Of a stretch of 64,000 bases of DNA, positions 1 through 9,101 are shown in pieces; position 1 is the stretch's first letter; every line of letters begins with the position of its first letter. The stretch is taken from the NCBI GenBank assembly GCA_963843325.1, contig CAWJKC010000003.1:591320-655319 (forward strand), in the 5' to 3' direction. Origin of the DNA: an uncultured Acidobacteriota bacterium (GTDB taxonomy: Bacteria > Acidobacteriota > Thermoanaerobaculia > UBA5066 > Gp7-AA6). The position numbers and the translations under genes are program-made. The notes under the pieces are model-generated. The model saw only the letters and a program-made list of their open reading frames with translations, did no database searches and had not been told where the DNA came from.

Positions 1-780
1 GTGGCAGCCGTAGCCGTACGGGGTCGGGCTGACGAGCAGGTCCCCCGTCACCGCGACCTTCGCGTCGGGCACGAAGACGACCGTATCTCCGGCCGTGTTG
101 CCGTTGCCGAGAAACGCGATGCGGACCTCGCGCTTGCCGAGGTGGATGCGCAGCTCGTGGTCGAACGTCAGGTCCGGGATCACCGCGGCGACGCCGGCGA
201 GCTCCGCCGATTCGAGCTGGATGTCGGCGACCTGGCTCGTGAGGTAGCGCTTCGACTCTTCCGACATCGCGGAGCCGTCGCGGCGCTTGCCCTTGGCAAC
301 GGCGCCCTGGAGGTATTCGACGTAGCCCCGGTCGGTCTCGACGAGGCCTTTCAGGTACGGCACCTGCTTCTCGACGATCTTGCGGCGCGTGAAGTCGGTC
401 GTGACGATCGCCATCTGCGGGAAGGCCGCCCGGAACACCTCGTCCGAGGCCATGTGATCGAGATGCCAGTGCGTGTGGACGAGATACCGGACCGGCTTGT
501 CCGTCTTCGAGCGGATCTCGGCGATCATCCGCTTCGCGAGCGTCGGGAAACGGCCCGAGTCCACGACGAGAACGCCGTCGTCGCCGACGATCGCCACCAC
601 GTTGCCGCTCGGGATCGGGCCGGCGGTCGGGGCGGCGATGAAAGCGTAGACGCCGGGGGCGGCCTCGACGGTCTGGAACATCCGGGCGGCGGGGAATTCG
701 GCGGCGGGAAGAGCGACGCGCCAGGAGAGCAACGCCGCGAGAACCAAGAATTTTCCCGATGAAGTTCGTGTCCGCATCAT
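1..780 (-). CDS. MBL-fold metallo-hydrolase with signal peptide (3' end runs off the window)
   Basis: Manual minus-strand translation: MMRTRTSSGKFLVLAALL...GVLVVDSG...HTHWHLDH...GNTAGD...VTGDLL, with the HxHxDH motif. Absent from the ORF track because there is no stop inside the window. Confidence 0.85.
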   Translation of the reverse strand, partial: MMRTRTSSGKFLVLAALLSWRVALPAAEFPAARMFQTVEAAPGVYAFIAAPTAGPIPSGNVVAIVGDDGVLVVDSGRFPTLAKRMIAEIRSKTDKPVRYLVHTHWHLDHMASDEVFRAAFPQMAIVTTDFTRRKIVEKQVPYLKGLVETDRGYVEYLQGAVAKGKRRDGSAMSEESKRYLTSQVADIQLESAELAGVAAVIPDLTFDHELRIHLGKREVRIAFLGNGNTAGDTVVFVPDAKVAVTGDLLVSPTPYGYGCH

Positions 781-841
781 GCGGAGTTGAACGAATCGCG
801 AGGCAGATTGTTGCAGTCGCCGCGGTTTGCTCCCTCGTCCC

Positions 842-956
842 GTAGGGGCGGGGCTTGCCGCCCGGGCGAGTGTCGCCACCGTACATGTCGAGCCGGCGGA
901 CGCATGCGCAAACCTCTTCGCAGCCAGCTCGCCCGGGCGGCCCAAGGGCCGCCCCT
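842..956. repeat. GTAG-type REP doublet (REPIN-like), copy 1
   Basis: Starts GTAGGGGCGGGGCTTGCC. Inner inverted repeat CCGCCCGGGCGAG (858-870)/CTCGCCCGGGCGG (928-940); outer AGGGGCGG/CCGCCCCT. Same leading sequence as the element at 30306. Confidence 0.75.
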
Positions 957-984
957 GGATTCCGTACAGTCGAATTGTTTGGGG

Positions 985-2388
985 CTACTCCCCCGGCATC
1001 ACCTGGAACTGCTCGATCAACCCGTCCGGCATGTCCCGCTCCCAGATCGCGACGGACTTGTCCGAATACTTGACCTCGAACAGGCGGAACTTCATCCCGC
1101 CCCGATCGTTGCTGGTCTCCTGCTTGATCTCCTTGATCGCGCCGAGCGGCCCGAGGCTCGCGGCAAAGTCGCCGAGCGCCTGGTCGGTGAAGTAGCTGTT
1201 CGCGTTGGAGGTGAAGATCGCGCGGTCGACCTTCCCCTTCTGCAGCCCCTCCATGACCTGCCGCGCCCGCGCCTCGGCCGGTCCCGCGCCGCCCTGGGCG
1301 AAGAGGATCCCGGCGATCTTCTGGCTGATCGTCCCGGAGGTGCCGATCGAGTCCTGGTTGACCAGCACCACGATCGCCGCGCGGTCGTCCGGGAACACGA
1401 CGTTCTCCGCCGTGAACCCCGAGACTTCGCCGCCGTGCTCGAGCATGCGCCGGCCGTCGCGCCGCGAGACGGTGATGCCGAGGCCGTAGCGGATGCCGAG
1501 GCCGTTCTTGAGCAGCGTATCCGTCTGCATCTGTTTGTACGAGGCGGGCTTCAGCAGCTTCTGGTCGATCATGCCGATGTCCCACCGCGCGAGGTCCTCG
1601 GCCGTCATCGCGAGCTCGCCCGCGGCAAACAGCCAGCCCTTGCCTTCCTTGGGCGCGACGCGCAGCGGACCGAGCGCGTAGCGCTTGTAGCCGATCGGGT
1701 CGTTCGGCCCGAGCGTCTGCCGGTCGATGTCCACGATGCTCGCCATCCCGAGCGGCGCGAACACGCGCGATCCGAGGAACTCGAGCAGCGGCTTGCCGCT
1801 CGCCTTCTCGACGATCACGCCCGCGGCGACGTACCCGGTGTTGCTGTACTGGTACTGCGTGCCCGGCTCGAAGTCGAGCGGCTTCTCGGCCCACTTGTCG
1901 AGGATCTGCGCCGCGGTGACTTCCTGCAGCATGAAGGGCGGCACGTAGTCCTGCGGCCAGTAGTCCTGGTAGCCCGACGTGTGCGAGAGCAGCTGCCGGA
2001 TCGTCACCTCGTTGGCGCGCGTGAGGTTGGGCAGGAACTTTCCGACCGGATCGTCGAGCGAAAGCTTCCCGTCCTCGGCGAGCATCAGGATCGCCGTCGC
2101 CGTGAACTGCTTGCTCACCGACCCGATGCTGTAGCGCATCGCGGGGCGCGCCGGCGTGCGCGGATCGACCTTCGCGTCGCCGTACGCCTGGACGTACGCG
2201 AGCTTCCCGTCCCGCACCACCGCGATGGACGCCCCCGGCGCGCCGGACTCCTTGAGCGCCGCGTTCGCGGCCGCGTCGATGGCGGTGCGCATCTCCACTG
2301 GCAGTTCCGATTGCGCGAAGGCGCAAGTCGCCCCGAGGGCGATGACCGCACCGAGGATCGGAAGGATCTTGCGAAAGGTCCGGCTCAT
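985..2388 (-). CDS. Serine hydrolase, beta-lactamase/D-Ala-D-Ala peptidase family, secreted
   Basis: SxxK (SVSK), YSN and HGG motifs; signal peptide from MSRTFRK; AAGGAG upstream of ATG 2388. Confidence 0.9.
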   Translation of the reverse strand: MSRTFRKILPILGAVIALGATCAFAQSELPVEMRTAIDAAANAALKESGAPGASIAVVRDGKLAYVQAYGDAKVDPRTPARPAMRYSIGSVSKQFTATAILMLAEDGKLSLDDPVGKFLPNLTRANEVTIRQLLSHTSGYQDYWPQDYVPPFMLQEVTAAQILDKWAEKPLDFEPGTQYQYSNTGYVAAGVIVEKASGKPLLEFLGSRVFAPLGMASIVDIDRQTLGPNDPIGYKRYALGPLRVAPKEGKGWLFAAGELAMTAEDLARWDIGMIDQKLLKPASYKQMQTDTLLKNGLGIRYGLGITVSRRDGRRMLEHGGEVSGFTAENVVFPDDRAAIVVLVNQDSIGTSGTISQKIAGILFAQGGAGPAEARARQVMEGLQKGKVDRAIFTSNANSYFTDQALGDFAASLGPLGAIKEIKQETSNDRGGMKFRLFEVKYSDKSVAIWERDMPDGLIEQFQVMPGE

Positions 2389-2429
2389 CCTTGCTCCTTG
2401 TCGTTGCGCGAGGTTTCTGGCGGAGGAGT

Positions 2430-2876
2430 CTACAGGGGGTGCGTGTCCGTCAGGCGGTCGCCGCTTTTCCACTCATTTCCGCAGCTGCGGCACTGCACCC
2501 GATTCCGCCAGATGAAGAGGGGCAGCGGCGCAAACAGCATCGCGGCAGCCGCGTAGCGGGACCACCGGACCGTGACGAGATCGTCCGAGCCGCAGCGCGG
2601 GCAGACGTCATCGTCCCTGCGAGCCGGAAAGTCCGCGTCCATCTCGACGAGGGACGCTTCTCCGTCCGCCGCGAGCAGGGCAATCGCTTCCTCGGCCCGG
2701 TCCGGCGCGACCTGCAACTGGACGCCGCCAACCGCGGTCGAATACGTCCATACGACTCCGACCACCCACTCGTTGGCCAGGACGCACTCGATGCCTTCGG
2801 CCTCCAGCAGTGCGGCCGCCGCCTGCGCGTCGAGAACGTCGCGAAAGGTCAGCACGGTGGGTACGCCGTTTGCCAC
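2430..2876 (-). CDS. DUF2007-like (PII-like) protein with Zn-ribbon and membrane segment; possible gene cassette
   Basis: AxxxxxLLEAEGIEC...GGVQLQV pattern; CPRC...CRSC; starts 4 nt downstream of a decayed attC. Confidence 0.7.
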   Translation of the reverse strand: MANGVPTVLTFRDVLDAQAAAALLEAEGIECVLANEWVVGVVWTYSTAVGGVQLQVAPDRAEEAIALLAADGEASLVEMDADFPARRDDDVCPRCGSDDLVTVRWSRYAAAAMLFAPLPLFIWRNRVQCRSCGNEWKSGDRLTDTHPL

Positions 2877-2880
2877 GATC

Positions 2881-2947
2881 GGCTACCGTTTCCCTGGGCA
2901 GGGGCGAGGCCGAGCCGAGCCCGAGTCCGCTGCAACCTGGGCCAGGT
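2881..2947 (-). mobile_element. Strongly degenerate attC-like site (attC3)
   Basis: Plus strand keeps CAG.GGCGAGG and CGAGTCCGCTGCA, both shared with the intact attC at 5381-5456. The R boxes have decayed. Confidence 0.4.
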
Positions 2948-3738
2948 CAGTGTCACAGCAGGCCGACGAATCGAGGTCGTCGCATCGCCGGCGTTGAATT
3001 GTAGACAGCTCCCACGACCTGGAGCCGTCGCAGTAGGTCAGCCAGCCTCGTTGCAGCGGGAATCGCGGCCGTGAGGCAGTCGCGTCACGTAGTCGGACCG
3101 ACTCGCCACCCGACCAGTTCCGTTACTGCCTCAATGGCCTCGAATTCGCCCAGTCGAGCCAGCGCATGCAGCACAGCGTCGACTGACGACGGCCAAGTAC
3201 CAACCGCTCTCGAGCGCGCTAGCATCAGCCGTGGACGGGTCCCATGTCTGCTCGAACGACGCAGGTCCTGGTCGAGAAAAGGCCGGAGACGTATCGGCAC
3301 GTCTTGCGATCGGCAAAAGTCCGCTGGCCTGGCGCCTCAGTCCCGGCTTCCGCAGGCCGTTCAGCCTCGCCTGAGCCATGATGCGGCGCTGTCGTGCATC
3401 ACGTAGGTCCATCGGTACTTCGTCCCTGGAAAGGGTCGACCGGGCCGAAGGTCTCGTCGTAACCCCGACCGCTCAACCGAATCTGAAGCGAGTGGCGTGA
3501 GGGCAGCGATCTCCACGATGCCGCCACTCGATGGCCGGCCTCGCGACGATGCGCGCCAGAGCTTCGACGCGCGTGTAGGCGCTCACAGTGCTCGCGCTCC
3601 CGACACGGGGCCACCGCGTCATCGTAACGAGAACCTCAGGAGGAATCGTGCGAGGAGTCGGCAGCAGCTGACGACCAGCCGCCGCGAGAGGCCCAACAGC
3701 ACGAGGACGAGCAGCAAGTAGCGGACTCTCGTACAGCC

Positions 3739-3812
3739 GCCGAACGGCAGCGCATCGAGCGAGCGAACAGCCGAAGGCGAGCGAGCGAGTCCGCCGCACC
3801 CGCGTCTTGAGC
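3739..3812 (-). mobile_element. Degenerate attC site (attC2)
   Basis: Minus strand GCTCAAGACGCGGGTGCGGCGGACTCG...TCGCCTTCGGCT...GATGCGCTGCCGTTCGGC is collinear with attC1. Lies 10 nt after the stop of 3823-5334. Confidence 0.65.
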
Positions 3813-3822
3813 TGCCTGGACA

Positions 3823-5334
3823 TCAATTCTCCAAACGCCGGACGTTCGACGCCGCGTCCAGCCGGCGAACGAGGACCCCCGCGTCCGCTGTGGGAAAGAG
3901 TGTGCCTGTTGCCGGGCTCGAGGCCGGGAGGCTCGTGGGCACCGCGCCGACCGGAGTCACCAGCCAGGCGCTGCCTGTCCGTGGCCACTCTTTCGAGAGT
4001 CCAGCGGCGTCAGCGCCAACGTCGATGATCGGTCGAGTGCCTGGGCCGGAGCAACACAGCCAATCAGGCCCGTTCACGTAGTATCCAACGCACAGCTGCG
4101 TATAGGCGCCCGCCGTGAGGATTGGCACATCGCCCGGCTGACCGCGCAGGAAGGCCGCGACAGGCCGCCAATCGGGTCGGCCTCTTTGAAAGTAAAAGAC
4201 AAGGGCGCGCGCGTCGAGGAACAGGACGATTGCAATCGCGATCGGCGCGAGCCAGGCGCGGGGTCGTCGTTCCGCCAACCAGCCGATCGGGAGAGTCGCG
4301 AGCGCGGTCAGGGCGACACCAGCGGGCAGGAAATGAAAGATCGAGTCCCAGGCACCGTGGCGCTCCTCGAGCAACTCGATGATCGCGGCGCCAAGAACGG
4401 CCCAGACAACCAGGAATCGCAAGCGGTACTTCGAAACGGCAAGGATGCCGCCTCCGGCGACCAGGGCAATGAACAGCACGCCCGCCCGGCCCAGGGGGTA
4501 CCAATCATGGAAGCCGAAACCAAAATAGGAGAAGAGGCGCGCGACGCGCCTGGCTGCGAACACAGGAGGCGGCGTGAAGGGAGGAGCGCCCAATAGCTGC
4601 CAGACCGGAGCCAGCCAAGGCAAGTAGGCCACGGCGATGATCAAGAGCAAGCCCGGGCTCCACCAAAGGAGTCGGCGCGCCGCCTGCCTGCGGATGACAG
4701 ACCCCGTCAACGCATCGTCCAGGACGAGCGAGCTGCCGGCGAGCAAGAGAACCAGCGTCGCCAGAATCATCGTGTAAGCGACAGCGACTGCACTGACGAG
4801 AACCGCGACGAGTCGGACCCAACCCGGCCGGCTCAGGTATCGATCGATGAGAAGAAGTGTCAGCGCCGTCAGGAACATAGCGAGTGAATACGGTCGTACC
4901 TCCTGAGAGTAGTGGACATGGAACGGAGCAAAGGCCAGACACAGCGCCGTCACGAGTCCTACACGTGGATTGGCCCGCCGACCGACCAACAGTCCGAGGA
5001 CGACCACGCAACCCGTGCCCCACAAGGCTGGCAAGATCCGTCGCGCGGCATCCGACGGACTCAGCAGGTCGAACGCCTTCTCCAGGATGTAGTCGAGCGG
5101 TGGATTAAAGCGCTGCACTTGAAGCGTGTGCAACATCGTGCCCCAGGCCGACCGGATCGTGAAAACCTCCAGCATCTCGTCCAGCCAGTACGAGAAGCGG
5201 TTGAGTGCCGTGAGCCGAATCGCGAGTGCAACCGTGCCGATCAGGGTCCATGGAATCCACCGCGTGCTGTGAGCAGCCGTCCCTGGCTCCTTCGCGGCGT
5301 CGCCGTCAGCCGGCAGGGTTGCGTTAGCACTCAT
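3823..5334 (-). CDS. GT-C membrane glycosyltransferase (family 39/PMT-like), inside the cassette array
   Basis: SYWLDE, NPPLDY, YSQEVRPYSL and RPDWR motifs; many TM segments. Confidence 0.85.
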   Translation of the reverse strand: MSANATLPADGDAAKEPGTAAHSTRWIPWTLIGTVALAIRLTALNRFSYWLDEMLEVFTIRSAWGTMLHTLQVQRFNPPLDYILEKAFDLLSPSDAARRILPALWGTGCVVVLGLLVGRRANPRVGLVTALCLAFAPFHVHYSQEVRPYSLAMFLTALTLLLIDRYLSRPGWVRLVAVLVSAVAVAYTMILATLVLLLAGSSLVLDDALTGSVIRRQAARRLLWWSPGLLLIIAVAYLPWLAPVWQLLGAPPFTPPPVFAARRVARLFSYFGFGFHDWYPLGRAGVLFIALVAGGGILAVSKYRLRFLVVWAVLGAAIIELLEERHGAWDSIFHFLPAGVALTALATLPIGWLAERRPRAWLAPIAIAIVLFLDARALVFYFQRGRPDWRPVAAFLRGQPGDVPILTAGAYTQLCVGYYVNGPDWLCCSGPGTRPIIDVGADAAGLSKEWPRTGSAWLVTPVGAVPTSLPASSPATGTLFPTADAGVLVRRLDAASNVRRLEN

Positions 5335-5380
5335 CGAAAGTGCAGGGCGCGGTCCGTATCGCCAAGAACGGTCCTGGGTG

Positions 5381-5456
5381 ACCTAACGGGCAGCGCATCA
5401 GCGGCGAGGGAGGAGCCGAAGGCGATGAACGAGTCCGCTGCATGCGCGTGTTAGGC
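5381..5456 (-). mobile_element. Integron attC site (attC1, intact)
   Basis: Minus strand GCCTAAC ACGCGCATGCAGCGGAC...CCGCTGATGCGCTGCCC GTTAGGT: RYYYAAC...GTTRRRY ends with paired inner boxes, 76 bp. The upstream gene's TAA stop is inside R''. Confidence 0.9.
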
Positions 5457-5711
5457 AACCGGCCCGCGCCGCTTTCCGGCGGCCAACTCAATCGCAACCA
5501 CTAGGAGCGACCACCAGATCAGAATATTGACAACGATGCCTGCCACGATCACGAGGCGAGGGCTCGTGCCCGTGTGATCGATCGACCACGCGACCGCGGG
5601 AGCAAGCAACCGCACTAGAGCCGAGGATCCGACCAGAACAGCGGCGACTGGCCCCGCAATGGTGACGACAACTGCCCCAGCTAAGGCCCAGGCCCATGGA
5701 CGTTTCACCAC
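5451..5711 (-). CDS. Small membrane protein, integron gene cassette
   Basis: 86 aa with hydrophobic segments. Stop within GCCTAAC; bounded by GTTAGGC at 5729-5735 and by attC1. Confidence 0.7.
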   Translation of the reverse strand: MVKRPWAWALAGAVVVTIAGPVAAVLVGSSALVRLLAPAVAWSIDHTGTSPRLVIVAGIVVNILIWWSLLVVAIELAAGKRRGPVA

Positions 5712-5728
5712 CGGCTGAACTTCCGGTT

Positions 5729-5747
5729 GCCTAACAGTGTCTTAGAC
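5729..5747 (-). mobile_element. attI-like simple site heading the cassette array
   Basis: Minus strand GTCTAAG-ACACT-GTTAGGC: L box, 5-bp spacer, R box. Resembles the attI1 core CCCTAAA-ACAAA-GTTRRRY. No attC-like hairpin precedes it. Confidence 0.6.
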
Positions 5748-5912
5748 ATCACGGCCGTTGTCGACTGCACAGCATCGCGACCATCGGATCTGCGCCCGCT
5801 CCCCGCTGTCCAACATCTGTTCGACCGCTGATCGAATTCCGCCCTGCATCGGCTCGCCTCCCGGCTCACCTCGAGGTTTTCCGAATGATACCGCCGCGCC
5901 GGAAATGCCGGC

Positions 5913-6326
5913 CTAGTCGTCGTCCCCGGTTCCCTTGCTGACGCGGAAGACGTGGCCGTCGGGGTGCCGCACGTGCATCTCGCGCACGCCCCACGGCTCG
6001 TCGGTGGGCGGGAACGTGACCTCGACGCCTTGCGCGATGCAGTCGGCGTGGATCTTGTCGACGTCGTCGACCCAGATGGACATCCACACGCCGCGGTCGC
6101 CCGTCGCGGACGCGTCGCCGTGCTCGGTCGACGCGTTCGTGCCCCTGCCACGGCCGCCCTGGGCGCCGAGGCAGAGGAAGATCTCGCACTTGCCCGAGCA
6201 GACCGCGCCGAAGGTCGGCGGGGTTCCCCAGTCCCACTGCTTCTCCCAGCCGAGCTTCTTGAACCAGGCGAAACTCTCCGCCATGTTCGAGACGTTCAGG
6301 ATCGGTGTGAGGGCCTTCGCATGCAT
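5913..6326 (-). CDS. VOC/glyoxalase/bleomycin-resistance family protein
   Basis: LTPILNV...VDDVD...PTDEPWGVREMHVRHPDGH; GGAGG RBS. Confidence 0.9.
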   Translation of the reverse strand: MHAKALTPILNVSNMAESFAWFKKLGWEKQWDWGTPPTFGAVCSGKCEIFLCLGAQGGRGRGTNASTEHGDASATGDRGVWMSIWVDDVDKIHADCIAQGVEVTFPPTDEPWGVREMHVRHPDGHVFRVSKGTGDDD

Positions 6327-6409
6327 GTCCGACCTCCCGGCGCTCAAATCCCTGGGCGGGATTCATCGTATATAAAGCCGAGCCGCCGACCGAAACCGAG
6401 GAGTTGCCG

Positions 6410-6946
6410 ATGCCGGTCCGAAGACTTGCGTGGAATCTGGCCGCCGCCGCCCTGTTCGCGGCGTCTGCGACGCCGGCCGAGGTCGTGGAGTCGGGCGACA
6501 CGGGTTTCACGGTGAAGGAGACGGTCGTCGTCCAGGCCGACGCGGCAGCGGCCTACGCGGCAGTCGTCGCCGTCGGCAAGTGGTGGGACCCGGCGCACAC
6601 GTACTCGGGCGACGCCGCCAACCTCTCGATCGATCCGCGGCCGCAAGGCTGCTGGTGTGAGAAGTTGCCCAACGGAGGCGGCGTGCGGCACATGGACGTC
6701 GCGTCCGCGATGCCCGGCAAGATGCTCCGCTTCGTCGGCGGCCTCGGCCCGCTCCAGGGCATGGGCGTGCACGGATCGCTGACCTGGACGTTCAAGCCCG
6801 TCGAAAAGGGAACCACCGTCGAAGTGACCTACGTCGTCGGCGGGCACGCCGCGAACGGATTCAAGGAAATCGCCGCCGGTGTGGACGGCGTCCTGCACGG
6901 GCAGGTCGAGCGCTACGGGCGCTTCGTCGACACCGGCAAGCCCTGA
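6410..6946 (+). CDS. SRPBCC (START/polyketide cyclase-like) protein, secreted
   Basis: Signal peptide; WWDPAHTYSGDAANLSID...GGLGPLQGMG pattern. Confidence 0.8.
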   Translation: MPVRRLAWNLAAAALFAASATPAEVVESGDTGFTVKETVVVQADAAAAYAAVVAVGKWWDPAHTYSGDAANLSIDPRPQGCWCEKLPNGGGVRHMDVASAMPGKMLRFVGGLGPLQGMGVHGSLTWTFKPVEKGTTVEVTYVVGGHAANGFKEIAAGVDGVLHGQVERYGRFVDTGKP

Positions 6947-6957
6947 ACAGAAAGGCC

Positions 6958-9078
6958 ATGATGAAAACCCAGCGGATCTTCTCCCTCGCCTCGATCCTCG
7001 CCCTCGCCGCCCTGCCCGCGATCGCGCAGCTGCCCGCCTCCAACCCCTTCGCCGCGCCGAGCACGCTCCCCTTCCAGGCGCCGCCCTTCGACCGGATCAA
7101 GGTCGCCGACTATCAGCCGGCGATCGAGGAAGGGATGAAGATCCAGCGCGCCGAGATGGAGACGATCGCGAACGATCCCGCGCTCCCCACCTTCGCGAAC
7201 ACGATCGAGGCAATGGAGAAGACGGGCGTGCTGCTGACGCGCACCTACAAGGTCTTCTCCAACATCGAGCAGTCCGACACGAACGAGGCGATCCAGAAGA
7301 TCAAGGCAGAGGTCGCGCCGAAGCTGTCCGCGTTGAACGACGCCATCTACCTGAACCCGAAGCTGTACGCGCGCGTCAAGGCGATCTACGCGCAGCGCGC
7401 GACGCTCGGGCTCGACCCCGAGGCGAAGTACCTCGTCGAGCGGATCAACCTCGCGTTCGTGCGCGCGGGCGCGGACCTCTCCGACGCCGACAAGAAGACG
7501 TTGATGGCGCTCAACGAGGAGGAATCCAAGCTCGACACCGAGTTCGAGGAAAAACTCCTGGCCGACACCAACGCCTCCGCCCCGGTCGTCTCGGACAGGA
7601 AAAAGCTCGCCGGCGCGACCGAAGGTCAGCTCGCCTCCGCGGCCGAAGCCGCAAAGGAGCGCAAGCTCGACGGCAAGTGGGTCCTCGCGCTCCAGAACAC
7701 GACGCAGCAGCCGGTGCTCTCCTCGCTGACGGACCGGGCCCTGCGCCAGCAGGTCCTCGCGGCCTCGGAGAAGCGTGGGGACCACGGCGGCAAGAACGAC
7801 ACGACGGCCATCGTGGCGCGCCTGGCGCAGCTGCGCGCGCAGAAGGCGAAGCTGCTCGGCTTCAAGACCTACGCGGACTACGTCCTCGACGACCAGATGG
7901 CGAAGACGCCCGAGAACGCGAACAAGCTGATGAACGACCTCGTCCCCGCGTCGACCTCCAAGGCGCGCGGCGAGGCGGCCCGGATCCAGAAGCAGATCGA
8001 CGCGGCGAAGGGCGGGTTCACGCTCAGCGCCGCGGACTGGGACCTCTACGCCGAGAAGGTGCGCAAGGCGGAGTACGCCATCGACGAGGACGAGGTGCGG
8101 CCCTACTTCGAGCTCGACCGCGTCCTGAACGACGGCGTCTTCTACGCCGCGAACAAGATGTACGGGATCACCTTCAAGCCCCGCCCCGACCTCCCGGTCT
8201 ACCACCCCGACGTCCGCGTCTGGGAGGTGTTCGACGCCGACGGCACTTCCCTCGCGCTCTACTACGGGGACTACTACCAGCGCCCCTCCAAGCAGGGCGG
8301 CGCGTGGTGCGACACCTTCGTGGACCAGAGCCGCCTCATGGGGACGAAACCCGTCGTCACGAACAATCTCAACCTGACCAAGCCGGCGGCCGGCCAGCCC
8401 GCGCTCATTTCCTTCGCCGACGCGACCGTGGTCTTCCACGAGTTCGGCCACGCGCTCCACGCGATGTTCCAGAACATCACCTACCCGACGCTCGCCCAGA
8501 CGCCGCGCGACTTCGTCGAGTTCCCGTCGCAGTTCAACGAGCACTGGGCGACCGAGCCGACCGTCTTCGCCAACTACGCGAAGCACCACAAGACCGGCGC
8601 GCCCATGCCGGACGAGCTCGTCGCGAAGATCAAGAAGGCGAAGACGTTCAACCAGGGCTACGCGACGACCGAGTACCTCGCGGCCGCGCTGCTCGACATG
8701 GCCTGGCACTCGCTGGCCTCCGACGCGCCGAAACAGGACGTGAACGCGTTCGAGAAGGCGACCCTGGAGCGCGCGAAGGTCGCGCTCGCCGAGGTGCCGC
8801 CGCGGTACCGCACGACCTACTTCGGGCACATCTGGGGCGGGGGCTACGCGGCGGGCTACTACGCCTACCTCTGGGCCGAGGTCATCGACGACGACGCCTA
8901 CTACTGGTTCAAGGAAAACGGCGGGATGACGCGCCAGAACGGCCAGCGCTTTCGCGAGATGATCCTCTCGCGCGCCGGCAGCCAGGACCTCGCCGCGATG
9001 TACCGGGCGTTCCGCGGACGCGACCCGCAGGTCCAGCCGCTGCTCGAGGAAAGAGGCTTGATCGCGGAAAAACCGTGA
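6958..9078 (+). CDS. dcp: M3 family metallopeptidase (peptidyl-dipeptidase Dcp-like)
   Basis: HEFGH zinc motif, RDFVEFPSQ, GGYAAGYYAYLW; signal peptide. Confidence 0.9.
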   Translation: MMKTQRIFSLASILALAALPAIAQLPASNPFAAPSTLPFQAPPFDRIKVADYQPAIEEGMKIQRAEMETIANDPALPTFANTIEAMEKTGVLLTRTYKVFSNIEQSDTNEAIQKIKAEVAPKLSALNDAIYLNPKLYARVKAIYAQRATLGLDPEAKYLVERINLAFVRAGADLSDADKKTLMALNEEESKLDTEFEEKLLADTNASAPVVSDRKKLAGATEGQLASAAEAAKERKLDGKWVLALQNTTQQPVLSSLTDRALRQQVLAASEKRGDHGGKNDTTAIVARLAQLRAQKAKLLGFKTYADYVLDDQMAKTPENANKLMNDLVPASTSKARGEAARIQKQIDAAKGGFTLSAADWDLYAEKVRKAEYAIDEDEVRPYFELDRVLNDGVFYAANKMYGITFKPRPDLPVYHPDVRVWEVFDADGTSLALYYGDYYQRPSKQGGAWCDTFVDQSRLMGTKPVVTNNLNLTKPAAGQPALISFADATVVFHEFGHALHAMFQNITYPTLAQTPRDFVEFPSQFNEHWATEPTVFANYAKHHKTGAPMPDELVAKIKKAKTFNQGYATTEYLAAALLDMAWHSLASDAPKQDVNAFEKATLERAKVALAEVPPRYRTTYFGHIWGGGYAAGYYAYLWAEVIDDDAYYWFKENGGMTRQNGQRFREMILSRAGSQDLAAMYRAFRGRDPQVQPLLEERGLIAEKP

Positions 9079-9101
9079 GAGGCTGAAGCCGGCAGGCCGG
9101 C

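Noticed and set aside
1-2556. Long plus-strand ORFs 1-762 and 787-2556, and many similar long Arg/Ala-rich ORFs across the window
   Set aside because: They are antisense or off-frame shadows of real genes in high-GC DNA and have no motifs.
2951-2978. TGTCACA-N17-GGTC, an ECF41-like promoter
   Set aside because: Spacing is off by one and there is no credible plus-strand gene downstream.
5750-6400. Possible intI next to the attI-like site
   Set aside because: No tyrosine-recombinase motifs in any listed frame; the space holds a VOC gene.
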